Made by a program: the position numbers and the translations under genes. A stretch of 64,000 nt of DNA from NCBI GenBank assembly GCA_043228905.1, contig JBHGNT010000001.1, positions 25,792,001-25,856,000 of the forward strand. Reading direction: 5' to 3'. Under the pieces are notes generated by a model. It made no database searches, was not told the origin of the DNA, and worked only from the letters and a program-made list of their open reading frames with translations. The DNA comes from Azolla caroliniana (Eukaryota > Plantae > Polypodiophyta). Shown here piece by piece: positions 10,973 through 20,959 of the stretch (position 1 is its first letter; each line of letters starts with the position of its first letter).

Positions 10973-13900
10973 ATGGCCTTGTCCACGAATGTTGCAGCTG
11001 CTCCACTGCACATTCGCCCACCTCCATTGTCTGATGGAAAGCTAGATGGAACCAACTACACTCTATGGAAGTTCAAAATGTTTGTCATTTTGAACTCCTA
11101 CGAGTTGTTGGAGAAAATCATGGAACCCACAGGAGGAGACCCTGAGCCCATGACGACCTTTGACCCTGCACACCCTACCACATCAATCCCTCCAAATGTT
11201 GATCTACTTCGAGCCTGGAAGAGAAGGAATGTTGATGCATTGTGTACCATAGTCACTGGTGTATGTGACACTGTACTAACATTAGTGCAACATACAACCA
11301 AGGCAAATGAAGCTTGGATCATCTTGGCCAGCCAGTATGAGACCAAAAACTATACAAGGATACAAAACCTTGAAAATCAACTGTGAAGAGAAGCTTGCCG
11401 ATGGAGAGAAAGTAGAATCCTTTGTAAAAAGGATTAAGGATCTTCAAGATCAGCTGGCAGCTGTTGGAGTAGTCGTCTCTCAAGAGGATATGGCTCGTTG
11501 GTGCATTCGAGTACTTCCTTTCAAGTATGATGGCATTGTGACAACACTGAACACTCAGGTTTGACCCACTCCTTTAAAATTTGATGAACTAAGTGCGATG
11601 CTGCTTGAAGAGGAGCTTCGGCTGAAGACAAGAGAAGGAAGGGAAGATTCCGCATTTGTCTCTAGGACTATGGGTAAAGGGGCATCCAATTCAAACAATG
11701 TGAATAGGATACCAAAGAAGAAGTTCAATGGATTGTGTTTAATATTGTGACAAGAAGGGTCACACAATCAAGGATTGTCGGAAGAAGATGGCGGACGAGA
11801 AGAATGGTTCTAGTAAGACCTCTTGGAGAGAGCCTGAGTCCGCCAACAACGTCATAGATGAACTTGAGTTATGGGTCGCAACTAAAGAAGTGTGTTCTTC
11901 AGTTGACACCCAAGTTGTCGACGACTCTTGGATTCTCGATAGTGGAGCGTCCCGACATATGACCAGTAATCGTGATTGGTATAGCTCTTGGACATCTCTA
12001 CAAGAGCCCATCAATGTTGTGGTCGGGAACAATACTCAATGTCTAGCCAAAGGAACCGGAACCGTCTCCCTCAAAGCAACGACCAGCGAGACAAAGCATC
12101 TCTCTCAAGTGTTGTATGTGCTAGATCTCGAGAAGAATCTATTGTCCATTTCTGCACTGACCGACAAGGGTCTTGATGTTCGATTCAAGAAGTCGGGTGC
12201 AGAAATAACAGATTTTGTTGGCAAGGTTGTAGGAATAGGGGTAAGGTGCAACAATCTCTATGAGCTGAGCACACTTACCATTTCTACTGACCACAACACA
12301 AGTACTAACACAAAGCAATGGCATGAGAGATTTGGGCATCTCAATGTTGTTGTGTTGAAGGAGATGAAGAAGTCGAATATGGTAGTTGGGTTGCCAACCC
12401 TATCTGACTTAAGTCATATTTGTGATGCTTGTATGATGGGCAAGCATCAAAGATCAACTATTCCAAAAGAGAGTCAAAATTGGACAAAGACTCCTCCACA
12501 GCTAATACACATCGACATCTCTGGAAAAATAGTGACTCCTGCAACGGGTGGATCTCTCTACTATATGCTGCTAGTCGACGACTTCAGTAGAAAGATGTGG
12601 GTTTACTTCCTTCGGGAGAAGGTTGAAGCTTTTAAAATCTTCAAAAGATGGCATAAGTTTGTTGAGCAAGAGTTCGGAAAGTTAGTGAAGGAGTTACGCT
12701 CTAATCGAGGTGGAGAATTCTTATCAATAGAATTCTGTGAGTATTGCAAAGAGCATGGAATTAAGCACCAACTTACAACTGCCTACACCCCACAACAAAA
12801 TGGTGTTGTCGAACGTCGAAACCGAACAGTTGTCGAGATGGCTAGGTGTATGTTGAAGGCACAAGCGTTGACTGACCCATTCTGGGCTGAAGCAATGAAT
12901 ACAACAATTTACATCCTCAATCGGAGCTACACGAAGGCACTTCAAGGGAAAACACCCCACGAAGCTTATTTAGGCAAGAAACCTTCAGTTCTGCACTTCA
13001 GAACCTTTGGGTGTACGTGCTACGCACATGTTCCAGATGTGAGCAGAAAGAAGTTGAATGCTAAAAGCAAGAAGTGTATCTTTCTCGGATATAGTGAAGA
13101 GTCAAAGGCCTATCGACTCTATGATCCCACATCCCACTGAAGAGGTATTTTACCCAATCCCGACCCATTGTCCAGAAAAGGAAGCTGAATCATCTGATGG
13201 TAATGGCTCACTAGTTCAGCCTATGCCAGTCCCACATGTAAAGAAAATACCTAAGTGGGCTCAACAACTCTTCAATGACCGTGCTCATAAAGTTGAGTTT
13301 CCTGAAACTTCGACTGATGGATTACGAAGATCAAGAAGAATACAGGAGCAAGGGAGAACCTCTAACCACATTGTCAACATGGCTCTGATGGTGGACATCA
13401 TCGGCTCAGTGAGTGAGCCGACCTCGGTGGAGGAAGCCATGGCCAACCCGAAGTGGAAAGAGGCGATGATATCATAATATGATAGCATCATGAAAAATGA
13501 CACATGGGAGTTGGTAGAGAGGCCAACAAAGAAGAAGGTGATAGGCACGAAGTGGGTGTGGAAAGTAAAGTATAAAGCTGATGGTTCTTTGGAGAAATTC
13601 AAGGCCAAGCTAGTAGCCCAAGGATACTCCCAAATTGAAGGGTTTGATGTACAAGAAACATTTGCCCCGACAACTCACATGACAACAATTCGAATGGTCA
13701 TAGCGTTGGTCGCTTCAAGAGGATGGCTGATTTACCAAATGGATGTCAAATCGGCATTTTTGAATGGGCATCTCAAGGAGGAGGTATACGTGATGCAACC
13801 ATCGGGGTTTGAAATGCCAAATTCAGAAAACAAAGTATGCAAGCTGAAGAAGGCGTTGCATGGTCTAAAGCAAGCACCAAGAGCTTGGAACAAGAGGATA

Positions 13901-14977
13901 GACGGCTTCTTACGATCAATCGACTTTAAGCAATGTGCTTCGGATGCAAGTATGTATGTCAAAATGAAGGACGGGAAACAAGTCATCATCATCATTTACG
14001 TGGATGACCTAGTTCTTACAGGTGACCATGAAGAGTGCATTGGCCAAACATAAGATTGTTTGAAAACTAAGTTTGAAATGACAGACTTGGGGATTCTACA
14101 CTACTTCCTTGGAATTGAGGTTTGGCAAACTTCAGTTGGCATCTTCATGTCACAAAGAAAGTATGCAATAGAGATCTTGAAGACCTTTGGGATGATGGAC
14201 AGCAAGTCGAAGTCAACTCCAATGGAGTCAAACTGCAAATTATCCCAAGAAGACCCATCATCAATGGTTGACATAAGGAAGTATAGACAGCTAGTAGGAA
14301 GTCTAATTTTCCTATGCAACACTAGGACGGATATTTGTTTTGCAGTCAGTGTGGTGAGTCGATTCAGCAACAAGCCGAAGGAGACTCATTGGAAAGCTGC
14401 TCTTCGTGTATTAAAGTACATTGTGGGTACTTTAAATTATGGAATCTTCTACAAGCCAACAATTGACGAACTTAGTGGGTATTGCGACTCCGACTGGGCT
14501 AGAGATAGTGATTCCAGAAAATCAATTTCTGGATATTGTTTTTCAATAGGTTCTTGAGGTGTTTCATGGAGTAGTAAAAAACAACCAACAGTGGCATTAT
14601 CTTCAACGGAGGCAGAATACAAACCAGCATGCATAGCGGCATGTGAGGTAGTTTGGCTAAGAAGAATCCTTACGGATGTGGCATTTCCAATAAGGACGGC
14701 AACGGTATTGAGGTGTGACAATCAGAGTTGCATGGCCATTGCCAAGAACCCCGTATTTCATGCACGTACTAAACACATAGAGATTCAATATCACTATGTG
14801 CGAGAGCTAATCAATGATGAGACTGTGGAGCTTGAGTATTGTCCGACATCAGAAAATGCCGCGGATATCTTCACAAAGGCGCTTGGAGTAGAACAGTTAC
14901 AACAACACCTTCGACGACTAGGAGTTGGCCCAATTCCAAGTGAACTCAATGGGTTGATCATTGAGGGGGTGTGTTAG
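10973..14977 (+). pseudogene. gag-pol: C gag-pol (gag, PR, IN, RT, RH), disrupted
   Basis: Motifs [67 protein letters not shown]; stops, frameshifts and a small deletion near 13135. Confidence 0.93.
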
Positions 14978-15588
14978 ATATAATCAATGATCAGCCCCAA
15001 GTTGTAAATCTATCCCCATATGTGCTCTTAGAGTGCACATTTTGTGATAGCGCCCCAAATGAGGAGCGACTAGTGTGCAACTCGACCATATGGGTTGATA
15101 AGCTGTTAATCTAGGAAACCGTAGATGCGTAGGACACAATGTATTTAGGAAAGAGAGGAACAAGTAATATGATTGGCTAATCAAGTCAACTAGAATATTT
15201 TGTGGGCAAGTTACGATGTACTTAGTCTTGAAGTGTCAAGATTCGAACTCTTGACACGACCATGTTATAATCTACTATTATGAGTTAACCAAGATATCTA
15301 GTACTAGTTATGTATGTAATTGTTCCTTATTATTTTGCTAGCATCATGTGCATAGTTGCTCCCTTGTAGTATTTACACTTGGCACATGCATGCATACCTA
15401 CATGCTCTATTGTAGATTCACATGCGTGCAACAAGTATGCATGCCATGTAGTATAAATAGAGGAGTTCACCTTGAAGGAATTCAAGGTGAACAACACCAG
15501 TTATGGAGTCTTTCCTTTAGTACTATCTTCTTTCTTGTCCATTTGGTTATCTTCTTCGTTGTCTCTTGAGTTTATGATCCGTGACAGT

Positions 15589-15599
15589 TTGTTCACCTT
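15589..15599 (+). promoter_or_regulatory. Self-priming PBS of D (11 nt)
   Basis: TTGTTCACCTT is the exact reverse complement of AAGGTGAACAA at 15484-15494, which starts 32 nt after the start of TATAAATA (15452). Confidence 0.8.
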
Positions 15600-15636
15600 C
15601 CCATCCTCATAGCTCTCCCTCTCATAAGCCATAGCT

Positions 15637-15932
15637 ATGTCCGACTCAACTAGTGAGTTAAGCCAAATAATGGTAGCCTTACGACAACTACAGCTTGAAA
15701 ATGAAGCTCTTCGAAATTCTTTACAAGAACTTCAAGTCGGTACCTCCCTATCCTCACAACCCCCGAACCCTAGTCTCCCACAACAACCTAGCCTAGAGCC
15801 CGATCTTCTACCAACATCTAGCCTAGCTTCGTCCCAGTTTCTTGAGCCTAAGGTTAGCCTCCCAGAAAAATTTGATGGAACGAGGTCGCGTTTCCGAGGG
15901 TTCATCAACCAAGTTCGACTTATCACGGAGGC
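15637..15932 (+). pseudogene. gag: D gag remnant (N-terminal coiled coil and start of capsid only)
   Basis: LRQLQLENEALR..EPKVSLPEKFDGTRSRFRGFINQVRL, then abrupt loss of similarity; no zinc knuckle. Confidence 0.8.
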
Positions 15933-18900
15933 ATGCAACTGGACATCTCCCGTCGCCCACATTCTCTTGGTTCCATTGCCGGACCATCAGGCAATTTCAC
16001 ATTGGAGGTATGGCTTTCGTTTAACTCTAGTTCCATTCAGTCTGTTGCTTTACTTGATTCTGGGGCATCTTCTTGCTTCATCGACGTTGCGTTTGCCCAA
16101 GCACATGGCGTACCTGTCGTTGGCCTCTCAAAACCCATTCCAGTTGAAGCCATCGACGGGTGCGTCCTCTCGTCAGGTGCAATTACTCAAGCTACAATCC
16201 CATTAGGGCTTCGGGTGGGCTCACACCAAGAGGAGCTCACTTTTTACCTCATCGCATCTCCTCGACATCCGATCGTCTTAGGACTAACGTGGTTGGAGGC
16301 GCACAATCCAATAGTGGATTGGTGCAACCGCTCGATCACATTTAGCAAGCCAAGATGCTCGTGCAAAAGTATGAAGGTAAATTCAGTTTCCTATCCTTCG
16401 GAGACGGTCGACTCCGAATTGACTACCCCATCATCCGTCCAGGATGGGTTTGTTTGTGGCACCATTTCTAACACACTCCATGTTATTCCCGAAAAATACC
16501 AACACTTCTCCGACGTATTTGAAAAATGTAATGCTGATCGATTGCCTGAACACCGGCTCTACGACTGTCCGATTGATCTTCAAGAAGGTGCGTGTCCACC
16601 CTTTGGTCCTCTATATGCGTTGTCTGCACCAGAGTTGAAGGCCCTTCGTGTGTATCTTGATGAGAACCTCGAGAAAGGCTTTATTCAACCTTCTAAGTCA
16701 CCAGCCGGGGCCCCCATTTTATTTGTGAAGAAGAAGGACGGCTCTCTACGCTTATGCGTCGACTACCGAGGTCTCAACAAACTCACTGTGCGCAACCGCT
16801 ATCCGCTACCTCTGATCCCCGAACTCCTTGATCGGCTCCGAGTTGCGCGTGTCTTCTCCAAAGTTGATCTGCGTGGCGCGTACAATCTAGTACGCATCAA
16901 GCCGGGGGATGAATGGAAAACCGCATTTCGAACACGATATGGGCATTTCGAATACAAGGTAATGCCTTTTGGTCTTACTAACGCTCCCGCAGTTTTTCAA
17001 CATATGATGAACGATATTTTCCGAGAATATCTTGATCTTTTTGTTGTCATTTACCTCGATGATATTCTCATTTTCTCGCCAAACATGGAGGAGCACACTC
17101 GCCAAGTCCGATTAGTTCTGGCCAAACTTCGCGAGCATGGCCTTTATGCCAAAAGCGAGAAATGCGAGTTCGACCGTACCTCGATCGAATTTCTGGGCTA
17201 CATCATCTCGTCCACTGGCATCACCATGGATATGAAGAAGGTCTCTGTCATTCAGGCGTGGGCGACTCCAAGGCGACTTAAAGATGTGCAATCCTTCCTC
17301 GGCTTCGCGAATTTTTACCGTCGCTTCATCAAGGGGTTTTCCACCCTAGCACAACCTCTTATCGCTCTCACCCATAAAGGCACTCCATTTTTATGGACCT
17401 CGGAGGCACAAAATGCGTTCGACTCACTCAAACACGCATTCATCACTGCCCCGGTGCTGCTACATGCCGACCCCACAAAACCCTTCCAAGTCGAAACCGA
17501 TGCCTCTGACTTTGCCATTGGCGCCATCTTATCCCAAGCAGACGACAACAACCTAATGCACCCAGTGGCTTACTATTCCCGAAAATTTACGGCATCTGAA
17601 ATCAATTATCCCATTTACGACAAGGAGCTTGCTGCTATCATTGCTGCCTTTGAAGAATGGCGACCCTACTTGGCCGGCGCACAACATCGTGTCCAGGTAG
17701 TAACTGATCATAAAAATTTAGTTTATTTTTCCACCACTCGTACTTTGAATCGAAGGCAGGCCCGTTGGTCTACATTTCTCGCCGACTACGATTTTGAGAT
17801 CGTATTTCGACCTGGTGGCCAACATGGGAAGGCTGATGCCCTTTCTCGCCGAGCTGACCTTGCACTCCGCCCTGGGGATGCTGCTTATGCTCAACAATCT
17901 AGACGTTTGTTGAAACCCGACCAATTGCATCTGTTTGCCACTTGTATGTTGCAGGATGATTCTTTACTCCAACAAATCATTGATGCATCCAAGACCGATG
18001 CGTTCGCCAACGAGATTCGAGATAGTTTGCAAAACCCCTCCAAGGCGACCAAAAGGAAGGATCTTGACACCTTCACCATACAAGAGGGTTTGTTGTTCCG
18101 AGATCATCTCTTATACGTCCCAGAGGGCCCATGTCGCACCCGGGTGTTGCAGGAATGCCACGATGACCCACTTGCAGGTCATTTCGGGGTTGCGAAAACC
18201 CTCGAGCTAATCTCTCGGGGGTATTGGTGGCCACAACCATGGAAGCTGGTCAAAGAATACATAAAGAGTTGTGAGGTTTGTGCTCGCTCCAAAGCCATTC
18301 ATCATCGGCCATACGGCTTACTACAGCCGCTTCCATGTCCTCGTCGTCCTTGGGCCTCTATCTCTATGGACCTGATAACTGATCTACCCTTGGTCAATAG
18401 CTATGACTCGGTGTTGGTCGTTGTCGATCGGTTTACGAAGATGGCTCACTTCACTCCATGCTCCAAAACCATTTCCGGAGAAGGAATGGTGCATCTCCTA
18501 CTCAACAATGTAGTACGCTTGCATGGACTCCCCGATGATGTCATCTCGGATCGCGGACCCCAGTTTGTCTCTCACTTCTGGCAGCGCCTGCTACAAACTT
18601 TAGGCATCTCTGTCAAGTTTTCCTCCGCTTATCACCCCCAAACTGACGGGCAAACGGAGCGTGTCAACCAAATCCTTGAGCAGTATCTTCGGTGCTCGGT
18701 TAGTTACCAACAAGATGATTGGGTCAACTTACTTTCGCTCGCGGAATTCGCCTACAATAATTCACTCCATGCATCGACTGGCGTCACTCCCTTCTTTGCC
18801 AACTACGGTTTACATCCTCGCTTCAACATTTCCCTTCCTACCACTTCCGTGAACCCTTCGGCGGAGGATCGTGCCCGCATTTTGGAAGAAGCACATCATG

Positions 18901-19484
18901 ATTTATCCTTGGAGCTTAGTCTTGCTAATGAACGATACAAGAAGCAGGCTGATCGCCATCGATCTTCCACTCCACACTTTGTCGTTGGAGACATGGTCTG
19001 GTTGTTACGTCGACACATCTCTACTACTCGTCCATGTGCGAAACTTGACTACAAGAAGTTGGGACCATTCCGTATCATCGAGTGCATCAATCCCGTCGCC
19101 TTCCGGCTCGCCCTTCCATCCCACTTCCGGATTCACGATGTTTTTCATGTCTCCCTCCTCGAACCCCATTATGCTTCACAACTCCCAGGACGTCAAGCCC
19201 CACCACCACCACCTGTGCAATTGACGACAGGGGAGGAATACGAGGTCGACCAAATCCTTGACTCGCATTGGCACCGTCGACACTTGCAATACCTCGTCCT
19301 ATGGAGGGGTTACCCCATGTCTGAGGCCACATGGGAACCATTGGAAAATTTACAAAATGCCCCAGAGGTCGTCCAAGATTTTCATCACCGATATCCCCAC
19401 AAACCAGCGGCCGATTTGGGAAGGCGGCGGCGTAAGAGGGGGGATAATGTCAAGATTCGAACTCTTGACACGACCATGTTATAA
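15933..19484 (+). CDS. pol: D Pol polyprotein, uninterrupted (PR-RT-RH-IN-chromodomain), 1183 aa
   Basis: LLDSGAS, YLDD, VETDASD, HHCC, DDE, LGPF, YLVLWRGY..ATWEP in a single ORF. Confidence 0.95.
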   Translation: MQLDISRRPHSLGSIAGPSGNFTLEVWLSFNSSSIQSVALLDSGASSCFIDVAFAQAHGVPVVGLSKPIPVEAIDGCVLSSGAITQATIPLGLRVGSHQEELTFYLIASPRHPIVLGLTWLEAHNPIVDWCNRSITFSKPRCSCKSMKVNSVSYPSETVDSELTTPSSVQDGFVCGTISNTLHVIPEKYQHFSDVFEKCNADRLPEHRLYDCPIDLQEGACPPFGPLYALSAPELKALRVYLDENLEKGFIQPSKSPAGAPILFVKKKDGSLRLCVDYRGLNKLTVRNRYPLPLIPELLDRLRVARVFSKVDLRGAYNLVRIKPGDEWKTAFRTRYGHFEYKVMPFGLTNAPAVFQHMMNDIFREYLDLFVVIYLDDILIFSPNMEEHTRQVRLVLAKLREHGLYAKSEKCEFDRTSIEFLGYIISSTGITMDMKKVSVIQAWATPRRLKDVQSFLGFANFYRRFIKGFSTLAQPLIALTHKGTPFLWTSEAQNAFDSLKHAFITAPVLLHADPTKPFQVETDASDFAIGAILSQADDNNLMHPVAYYSRKFTASEINYPIYDKELAAIIAAFEEWRPYLAGAQHRVQVVTDHKNLVYFSTTRTLNRRQARWSTFLADYDFEIVFRPGGQHGKADALSRRADLALRPGDAAYAQQSRRLLKPDQLHLFATCMLQDDSLLQQIIDASKTDAFANEIRDSLQNPSKATKRKDLDTFTIQEGLLFRDHLLYVPEGPCRTRVLQECHDDPLAGHFGVAKTLELISRGYWWPQPWKLVKEYIKSCEVCARSKAIHHRPYGLLQPLPCPRRPWASISMDLITDLPLVNSYDSVLVVVDRFTKMAHFTPCSKTISGEGMVHLLLNNVVRLHGLPDDVISDRGPQFVSHFWQRLLQTLGISVKFSSAYHPQTDGQTERVNQILEQYLRCSVSYQQDDWVNLLSLAEFAYNNSLHASTGVTPFFANYGLHPRFNISLPTTSVNPSAEDRARILEEAHHDLSLELSLANERYKKQADRHRSSTPHFVVGDMVWLLRRHISTTRPCAKLDYKKLGPFRIIECINPVAFRLALPSHFRIHDVFHVSLLEPHYASQLPGRQAPPPPPVQLTTGEEYEVDQILDSHWHRRHLQYLVLWRGYPMSEATWEPLENLQNAPEVVQDFHHRYPHKPAADLGRRRRKRGDNVKIRTLDTTML

Positions 19485-20204
19485 TCTACTATTATGAGTT
19501 AACCAAGATATCTAGTACTAGTTATGTATGTAATTGTTCCTTATTATTTTGCTAGCATCATGTGCATAGTTGCTCCCTTGTAGTATTTACACTTGGCACA
19601 TGCATGCATACCGACATGCTCTATTGTAGATTCACATGCGTGCAACAAGTATGCATGCCATGTAGTATAAATAGAGGAGTTCACCTTGAAGGAATTCAAG
19701 GTGAACAACACCAGTTATGGAGTCTTTCCTTTAGTACTATCTTCTTTCTTGTCCATTTGGTTATCTTCTTCGTTGTCTCTTGAGTTTATGATCCGTGACA
19801 TGAAGTATGCGTTGTCGTGAAGATTTTCGGCAATAGTGTGAAAATCCCATAAAACGTACAAAATCGAGTATGAATCATGTAATACAATAATTGTGAAGAT
19901 AACATTTTTAATATCTAAAGTACAAAATGATGGAGGTTTCGAATGCACTTTATTACACGAGAAATGGACAACTAAATGTCAAGATATGAGGGTATAAAGT
20001 TTGTGAAAAGAAAAGAGAAAATTGTGAGATATCCCACATAGGCACGACAAATACGGCTCTCATCATATATAAGGTGGAGCAAAAGATATTATCTTTGTGT
20101 CTATGTGTGGAGCATAGAGAGTTCAAGGTAACTTGAACTTAGAGTGGAGGTGGCTAGCTACTCGTAAAGGGTTTTGGCCAACCAAAACCGGACCCGCGAT
20201 GGAG

Positions 20205-20385
20205 CCGGTGATCCGACGGCATCCGACCGCAATCCGATGGCGGCATGCGGCACCGGTATCCGGCGTCGGCATCCGGCGACGGTATCCGGCGGCGGCGTCA
20301 GCATCCGGTGGCGGCACCGGTATCCGGCGGCGGCATCCGGCGTCGGCGTCGGCATCCGGCGACGGCATCCGGCGAACCGGCGACT
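20205..20385. repeat. GC-rich degenerate array (CGGCATCCGGCG-type units) in E 5' LTR; shorter version at about 27035-27126
   Basis: Read directly; accounts for most of the 89-bp length difference between the two LTRs. Confidence 0.9.
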
Positions 20386-20436
20386 AGATAAAATAAATAT
20401 ATAAAAATATATACATATTTACATATACAAGGAGGG

Positions 20437-20505
20437 CAAGTATGGATTCGAACCTTGCACCTCCAAGTTAGGAGTCAAATGGCTTACCATTAAGCCATAG
20501 TATTT
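20437..20505 (-). other. tRNA-derived segment (A box and B box) in E LTR; second copy about 27178-27245
   Basis: Minus strand: TATGGCTTAATGGTAAGCCA TTTGA CTCCTAA CTTGG AGGT GCAAGGTTCGAATCC; D-arm pairs, acceptor and anticodon stems degenerate. Confidence 0.65.
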
Positions 20506-20900
20506 AGTTGAAATTACATTTCTATCATTGTACTTTTACATGTAAATTCTCATCCATGAGTGCTAAAATGAGTGACATGGTTAGCATGCACCACATGTAA
20601 TACTTAAGCGCCAAATGGCAAACATGCAATTTATGCATGCCTTGTATCCTCACATGCATCATATGCATGAGAGCATCTATAAAAGAGGGAAGGGGGAGGA
20701 GAAAAACACGGTTTTTTTTTATGAAAATTAAGAAGAAGAAATTCGTTATCAAATCAATCGTGTAATCTCATCTTCTCTCTTTCCCAATCTTTCTTAAGTA
20801 CTTTCTCGCCAAACGACTCTAAATCCTTCTGGTCCAGAACCCCGGCGGTTCCGCCTCACGATCCGCGCGTAGTGACGGATCTTCACGACAGCGTCATTAG

Positions 20901-20918
20901 TGGTGAACCCGACGTGAA
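20901..20918 (+). promoter_or_regulatory. PBS complementary to tRNA-Trp 3' end
   Basis: TGGTGAACCCGACGTGAA is the reverse complement of the plant tRNA-Trp 3' end as I recall it (..TTCACGTCGGGTTCACCA). Confidence 0.8.
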
Positions 20919-20959
20919 AGAGGCGGTAGGAAGGATCAAGTCGAGATTAATACTTGGAG

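Larger units (their letters stand above)
15234..19800 (+). mobile_element. Element D: young Tcn1-like chromovirus with internal gag deletion (4567 bp)
   Basis: 353-bp LTRs 15234-15586 and 19448-19800 with one visible mismatch; TSD TGAAG (15229-15233, 19801-19805); PPT ending 19447; no tRNA PBS. Confidence 0.97.

Noticed and set aside
20123-20404. Four overlapping ORFs in the E LTR
   Set aside because: Stop-free by-products of the GC-rich array; different in the other LTR.
20437-20505. Functional tRNA-Arg(CCT) gene
   Set aside because: Acceptor, anticodon and T stems do not pair properly; kept only as tRNA-derived.
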